Below are positions 26,998 through 31,656 of a DNA stretch of 31,656 nucleotides, in pieces. Both the position numbers and the translations under genes were made by a program. A model generated the notes under the pieces. It was not told where the DNA came from. It saw only the letters and a list, made by a program, of their open reading frames with translations, and did not search any database. The first letter of the stretch is position 1, and every line of letters begins with the position of its first letter. The stretch comes from Kiritimatiellia bacterium (lineage in GTDB: Bacteria; Verrucomicrobiota; Kiritimatiellia; RFP12; UBA1067), in NCBI GenBank assembly GCA_017479035.1, contig JAFVCR010000213.1, positions 1-31,656 on the forward strand, read 5' to 3'.

Positions 26998-29508
26998 CTA
27001 TTGCAAATCAAGCGCGTCTCCGGCCACTTTTATCGTGCTGCCGGGCGGATACTTCCCTGCTATTATCGCACGCGCCGCAGGTGTCTCCACAAAACGCTGT
27101 ATCGCGCGCTTCACCGGGCGTGCGCCGTAGGCTGGGTCCCATCCTTCTTTGGCAAGCCGCTCCAGCGCGGCATCGTCCACTTCCAGTGCCACGCCTCCCT
27201 CCGCAAGGCGTTTTTTCAAATGCTCCAGCTGCAAACGCACTATATCCTTTATCTGCGCCTCCGTCAGGCTCTTGAACACGAGTATCTCATCCAGTCTGTT
27301 GAGGAATTCTGGACGGAAATGCGCCTTCAGATGCTCTTCGGCAAGGTTCGATGTCATTATTATCACGGTATTCTTGAAACTCACCGTTCTGCCGTGCGAA
27401 TCCGTCAGCCGCCCATCGTCCAGCACCTGCAACAGCAGATTGAACACATCCGGATGCGCCTTTTCTATCTCGTCCAGCAGCACCACCGCATACGGCTTGC
27501 GCCGCACCGCCTCGGTAAGTTGCCCGCCGTCCTCGAACCCCACATATCCGGGCGGCGCGCCCACCAACCGCGACACTGCGAACTTCTCCATGTACTCGCT
27601 CATATCGAGCCGCACCATTGCGTTTTCGTCGTCGAAAAGTTCCGCCGCCAGCGTCTTTGCAAGTTCCGTCTTCCCCACACCCGTCGGCCCGAGGAAAAGA
27701 AACGCACCCGCCGGCCGTGCGGGATTTTTTATCCCGGCACGCGCCCGCAATACCGCATCCGCCACCGCATCCACCGCCTCGTCCTGCCCTATCACCCGCT
27801 TGTGCAATGCCTCCGGCAGCCGCAGCAGTTTCTCGCGCTCGCCTTCTAGAAGTTTCGTTACAGGCACCCCTGCCCAACGGCTCACCACTTGTGCTATTTC
27901 ATCCGCCGTCACCTCCTCGCGCAGCAGCGTATGGCCGTCCGTATTGCCGGCATGCGCTTGCAGTTCCTTTTCGAGCGCGGGGATTATCCCGTATTTCAAC
28001 TCCGCCGCTTTTTCGTTGTCGCGGCGTGCGAACGCATGCTCCAATTCAAGTTTGGCTCCATCCAGTTTTACGCGCAGTTCTTTTGCTTTTTCAAGGTTTT
28101 TCTTCTCGTTCTGCCACCTCGCCATCATCGCGTCAGCCTTTTGCTTCAGCTCTGCAAGTTCCTTATGCAGATCCTCCAATCGTTTCCCGGACGCATCGTC
28201 TTTTTCCTTCTTGAGTGCCGCTTCTTCTATCTCAAGCCGCCTAACGTGCCTCGACACCTCATCCAGCTCCGCCGGCATAGAATCCATCTCAGTCCTTATC
28301 GACGCGCACGCCTCGTCCAGCAGATCTATCGCCTTGTCTGGCAGGAACCTGTCCTGTATGTACCTGTCCGCCAGCACCACTGCGTTCACCAACGCCTCGT
28401 CGCGTATATGCACGTTGTGGTATTTCTCGAACCGCTCCTTCAACCCGCGCAGTATCGAAATCGCATCCTCCTCGCTCGGCGCATTCACCGTCACAGGCTG
28501 GAACCTGCGCTCCAGCGCGGCATCTTTCTCCATGTACTTGCGGTATTCGTCCAGCGTCGTGGCTCCCACGCAATGCAGCTCGCCGCGTGCAAGCATCGGC
28601 TTGAGCATATTGCCTGCATCTGTAGAACCCTCCGTCTTGCCCGCGCCCACTATCGTGTGTATCTCGTCTATGAAAAGTATTATCCGCCCGTTTGCGCTCT
28701 TCACCTCGTTGAGCACCGCCTTCAGCCTCTCCTCGAACTGACCGCGATACTGCGCACCCGCCATCAAGGCAGTCATGTCCAGCGAGAATATCGTCCTGTC
28801 CTTCAACCCTTCCGGCACGTCCCCACTCACGATTCGCTGCGCAAGCCCTTCCACAATGGCCGTCTTGCCCACGCCTGGCTCGCCGATCAATACCGGATTG
28901 TTCTTCGTCTTGCGCGAGAGTATGCGTATCACATCGCGGATTTCCGTGTCGCGCCCTATTACGGGATCGAGTTTGCCGCTACGCGCCGCCTCCACCAAGT
29001 CGCTTCCGTATTTCTTCAACGCCTCGTATTGCCCTTCCGGATCGTCGCTCGTCACGCGCTGGTTCCCCCTTACAGCCCTCAACGCTTCCAGAAAATTCTT
29101 TTCCGTCACCCCTGCATCCGCAAGAATCTTTGCCGATGGCGTATTGCCAAGCCTCAATGTTGCAAGGACTATATGCTCTACGGACAAATACTCGTCTTTC
29201 ATCTCCCCCGCCAGATCGCCCGCCTTCACTAGCACCTGCTGCAACTCGGCCGTGATATATATCTTCCCCTCCTCTATCGCCCCTGTTATGCGCGGCTTGC
29301 GCGCCAACTCCTCTTCCAGACGCGCCGCCACCTGCGCAGTTCCCGCGCCTATCTTCACCAGAAGATTCGGCATCAGCCCCTGCGAATCTTTCATCAACGC
29401 CCACAAGACATGTTCCACATCTATATTCTGCTGCCCATGCCTTGTTGCTACATTCTTTGCCGCCGCCAACGCTTCGCGGACTTTGCTCGTGTATTTTTCG
29501 GTATCCAT
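26998..29508 (-). CDS. clpB: Chaperone/disaggregase ClpB
   Basis: Two AAA+ domains ([16 protein letters not shown]), long coiled-coil M domain with AAELKYG, no LGF loop. Start MDTEKYT with GGAGG SD. Confidence 0.97.
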   Translation of the reverse strand: MDTEKYTSKVREALAAAKNVATRHGQQNIDVEHVLWALMKDSQGLMPNLLVKIGAGTAQVAARLEEELARKPRITGAIEEGKIYITAELQQVLVKAGDLAGEMKDEYLSVEHIVLATLRLGNTPSAKILADAGVTEKNFLEALRAVRGNQRVTSDDPEGQYEALKKYGSDLVEAARSGKLDPVIGRDTEIRDVIRILSRKTKNNPVLIGEPGVGKTAIVEGLAQRIVSGDVPEGLKDRTIFSLDMTALMAGAQYRGQFEERLKAVLNEVKSANGRIILFIDEIHTIVGAGKTEGSTDAGNMLKPMLARGELHCVGATTLDEYRKYMEKDAALERRFQPVTVNAPSEEDAISILRGLKERFEKYHNVHIRDEALVNAVVLADRYIQDRFLPDKAIDLLDEACASIRTEMDSMPAELDEVSRHVRRLEIEEAALKKEKDDASGKRLEDLHKELAELKQKADAMMARWQNEKKNLEKAKELRVKLDGAKLELEHAFARRDNEKAAELKYGIIPALEKELQAHAGNTDGHTLLREEVTADEIAQVVSRWAGVPVTKLLEGEREKLLRLPEALHKRVIGQDEAVDAVADAVLRARAGIKNPARPAGAFLFLGPTGVGKTELAKTLAAELFDDENAMVRLDMSEYMEKFAVSRLVGAPPGYVGFEDGGQLTEAVRRKPYAVVLLDEIEKAHPDVFNLLLQVLDDGRLTDSHGRTVSFKNTVIIMTSNLAEEHLKAHFRPEFLNRLDEILVFKSLTEAQIKDIVRLQLEHLKKRLAEGGVALEVDDAALERLAKEGWDPAYGARPVKRAIQRFVETPAARAIIAGKYPPGSTIKVAGDALDLQ

Positions 29509-29639
29509 AAATTCATTCCTCCACATGAAAGCAAGCAAATCCATGCCACCGCTGCAAACTTTCAAGATTGCGCCATAATGTCACAATTCCCTCTATCTTT
29601 GTGTCATTTATAAACAACACCTCCCCACTCCACTTGCAC

Positions 29640-29666
29640 AAAAAAAGTGGCGGCTCGCGCCGCCAC
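29640..29666 (-). terminator. Rho-independent terminator of uxaB
   Basis: Minus strand GTGGCGGC-GCGA-GCCGCCAC followed by seven T. Confidence 0.9.
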
Positions 29667-29706
29667 AGGAGGTAACATGTCAAACTATATATATAACGTA
29701 TGGAAA

Positions 29707-31002
29707 TTAGCGTGCCGCAGCCTCCACGAGTTCCGTCATGCCGGGGATCTCATTGAGATCCCTTCCCCAGAACGCCTCGTTTGCAAGGACTTCTTTCACG
29801 GACGGCTTTGCGGCGAAGAATGCCGCCACCTCCGCCGTATCTGCAATCTGGTCTGTCAGCGAAAATTTCACAAGCTTGCCCAGGCTCGCAGTCAACGCCG
29901 GCGGCAAACGATTGTACATTCTGTAGAAATCAAGCACTGTCGGCAACACGCGCACCTTCCACTTCGATACGCTGTTCAGCGCAATAGATGCAAGGCGGTG
30001 ATGCGCGAACGGATTTGCAAAACGCTCCAGTATCGACTCCGCATACGCTTTTTTATTGTCGAACGGCAAATCGACCGTTGGGAATATCTCGTCGAAGAGA
30101 ATCGTGCGGAAATGCTTGTTGTATTTTGCATCCGCCACTAGTTGATCCACAAACTCGAACCCATCCAGCAATCCTGCGGGAATCGTTGCGGTATGCGCCC
30201 CGTTCAAAAAGCGCACTTTGCGCGTGCGGTATGGCTGCATGTCAGGCGTATAGACCACGTTTATGCCGGCCTTTTGCAGCGGCAACTCGCTCTCAAGCCA
30301 ATCCGGCCCTTCTATCACGAAGAAATGGAACGGCTCGCCGCACACCAGCAACTCGTCCTTTTCGCCAAGTTGCGCCGCATAACGCTCTGCGGATTCCGCA
30401 TCCGGCCTGCCCGCCACTATGCGATCCACAAGCGTAGAACAGAACGTGCATTCGTCCTTCACGTACTTTGCCGTGGCCGCGTCCCCCCAATCGGCAAGAT
30501 ACTGCAATATGTATTTCGCAAGCGTATCGCCGTTGTGTTCTATCAACTCGCATGGAATGAACACAAGCCCCTTCTTGCCGGCCTTTGCACGCGCCTGGAG
30601 AAGTTTCGCAACCTTCGCGGGGAACGTGGCAGCATTGCCCGCCTTGTATTCAATTCCCGCCTCTGTCGTGTTTGACACCACAAACCGCAACTCGTCCGAA
30701 ATCGCCACCTTCTCTATCGCATCCCATTCCTTCGATGCCAACAGCACGCCAGTCGTTGCCGTATTTTCCTCCAGTATTTCCACTTGCTTGCCGTCTATGA
30801 ACCCTCGCAGACAGGTGTGGTAGCGTCCCTTGGCCTCGTTGAGCAGCATGGAAGGAACGGAGTATTCATCGCCGATGGTCTGGACGATCTGCACCGCGCC
30901 GTCGAACGCTGCTTTGTCGTTCATCTTCTGCACCATCCAGTCGATGAAGCAGCGCAGGAAATTGCCCTCGCCGAACTGGAGTATTTTCACTGGTCTTGCC
31001 AT
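29707..31002 (-). CDS. uxaB: Tagaturonate reductase (altronate oxidoreductase)
   Basis: KILQFGEGNFLR, VSNTTEAGI, FPAKV, PCELIEHNG, STLVDRIV, RKVRFLNGAHT, ERFANPF; start MARPVK. Confidence 0.93.
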   Translation of the reverse strand: MARPVKILQFGEGNFLRCFIDWMVQKMNDKAAFDGAVQIVQTIGDEYSVPSMLLNEAKGRYHTCLRGFIDGKQVEILEENTATTGVLLASKEWDAIEKVAISDELRFVVSNTTEAGIEYKAGNAATFPAKVAKLLQARAKAGKKGLVFIPCELIEHNGDTLAKYILQYLADWGDAATAKYVKDECTFCSTLVDRIVAGRPDAESAERYAAQLGEKDELLVCGEPFHFFVIEGPDWLESELPLQKAGINVVYTPDMQPYRTRKVRFLNGAHTATIPAGLLDGFEFVDQLVADAKYNKHFRTILFDEIFPTVDLPFDNKKAYAESILERFANPFAHHRLASIALNSVSKWKVRVLPTVLDFYRMYNRLPPALTASLGKLVKFSLTDQIADTAEVAAFFAAKPSVKEVLANEAFWGRDLNEIPGMTELVEAAAR

Positions 31003-31031
31003 GATAGTCTTTCCCTTTTGTTTCTGCAAGC

Positions 31032-31060
31032 ATAATATCACACTATCATGTTCCGTGCAA
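31032..31060 (-). promoter_or_regulatory. uxaB promoter TTGCAC-17-TATTAT with extended TG
   Basis: Exact 17-nt spacer; short leader with AAGGGAAAG purine tract. Confidence 0.65.
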
Positions 31061-31097
31061 CAGTAAAAACTGCAACACAGCATTGCAAATCCGCAAC

Positions 31098-31656
31098 CTA
31101 CTTGCGGAATCTGTGCGTTGCCGAACGGCGCACTTTTTCCAGCGCATCCGCATCGCGGGCGTTTTCCGCCTCGAGGCGTTTGTATGCCTCGTATCGCTCC
31201 ACAGGTAGTTCGCCTGCTTCTATCGCGGCCAGCACCGCGCATCCAGGTTCCGTCTCGTGGCGGCAATCGGAATAGCGGCATCTGCCGAAATATCGTGTAA
31301 CGTCCGCAAACGTCTCTCGCAAGCCTTCATGCGCTTCCCACAACCCGATCTCGCGCATTCCGGGAGTATCGATAACAAGCGCCCCGCACGGCAGCATCGC
31401 AAGTTCGCGCTCGGTTGTGGTGTGCCGTCCTTTGTGGTCCCATTCGCGCACTTCTCCGGTAGGCATCACGTCCTCGCCCGCAAGCGTATTCACCAATGTG
31501 GATTTTCCCACTCCGCTCGACCCCACGAACGCAAGTGTGCGGCGCGGTGCTGCATATTCGCGCACCACATCGATGTTCTTCCCCGTGTACGCGCTTATGC
31601 CCAATACTTTCGTCCCCGGCGCATGCTCCGCCGCAAGTGCGCAAAACTTCTCTCCC
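31098..31656 (-). CDS. rsgA: Ribosome small subunit-dependent GTPase RsgA, C-terminal part (5' end beyond the window)
   Basis: GSSGVGKST, GRHTTT, IDTPG, zinc finger CRYSDCRHETEPGC; frame stays open to the window edge. Confidence 0.93.
   Translation of the reverse strand, partial: GEKFCALAAEHAPGTKVLGISAYTGKNIDVVREYAAPRRTLAFVGSSGVGKSTLVNTLAGEDVMPTGEVREWDHKGRHTTTERELAMLPCGALVIDTPGMREIGLWEAHEGLRETFADVTRYFGRCRYSDCRHETEPGCAVLAAIEAGELPVERYEAYKRLEAENARDADALEKVRRSATHRFRK

Noticed and set aside
29509-29640. CIRCE (HrcA) or CtsR box upstream of clpB
   Set aside because: Neither TTAGCACTC-N9-GAGTGCTAA nor a tandem GGTCAAA repeat is present; none seen upstream of mcsA/clpC either.

Overview
Gene-dense chromosomal core region of a moderately GC-rich diderm bacterium. 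The mix of LptE, prepilin-type protein, CdaA, McsA/McsB/ClpC, AddAB and type III glutamine synthetase suggests the PVC superphylum, possibly Kiritimatiellia (inference only). Layout: (i) a left-reading lptE-ahbAB unit and a separate ~290-nt hairpin-tiled leader ahead of a truncated secreted-protein gene; (ii) a tightly coupled 12.4-kb right-reading operon ftsH-folP-cdaA-(CdaR-like TM protein)-ftsK-rodZ-like-mcsA-mcsB-like-clpC-nadD; (iii) left-reading glnA(III), prepilin-rluA, PRTase-bioA-addB-addA, clpB, uxaB and a truncated rsgA. No rRNA, tRNA, CRISPR array or mobile element was seen. The most notable observations are a 7 x 22-bp array of palindromes upstream of glnA, an intact but apparently catalytically dead McsB paired with a ClpC whose pArg pocket looks eroded, a candidate novel cis-regulatory RNA at 36-324, a CdaR-like anchor without YbbR domains, and three apparently leaderless transcription units. 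All motif and family assignments were made by eye from memory of the families; no database search was run.
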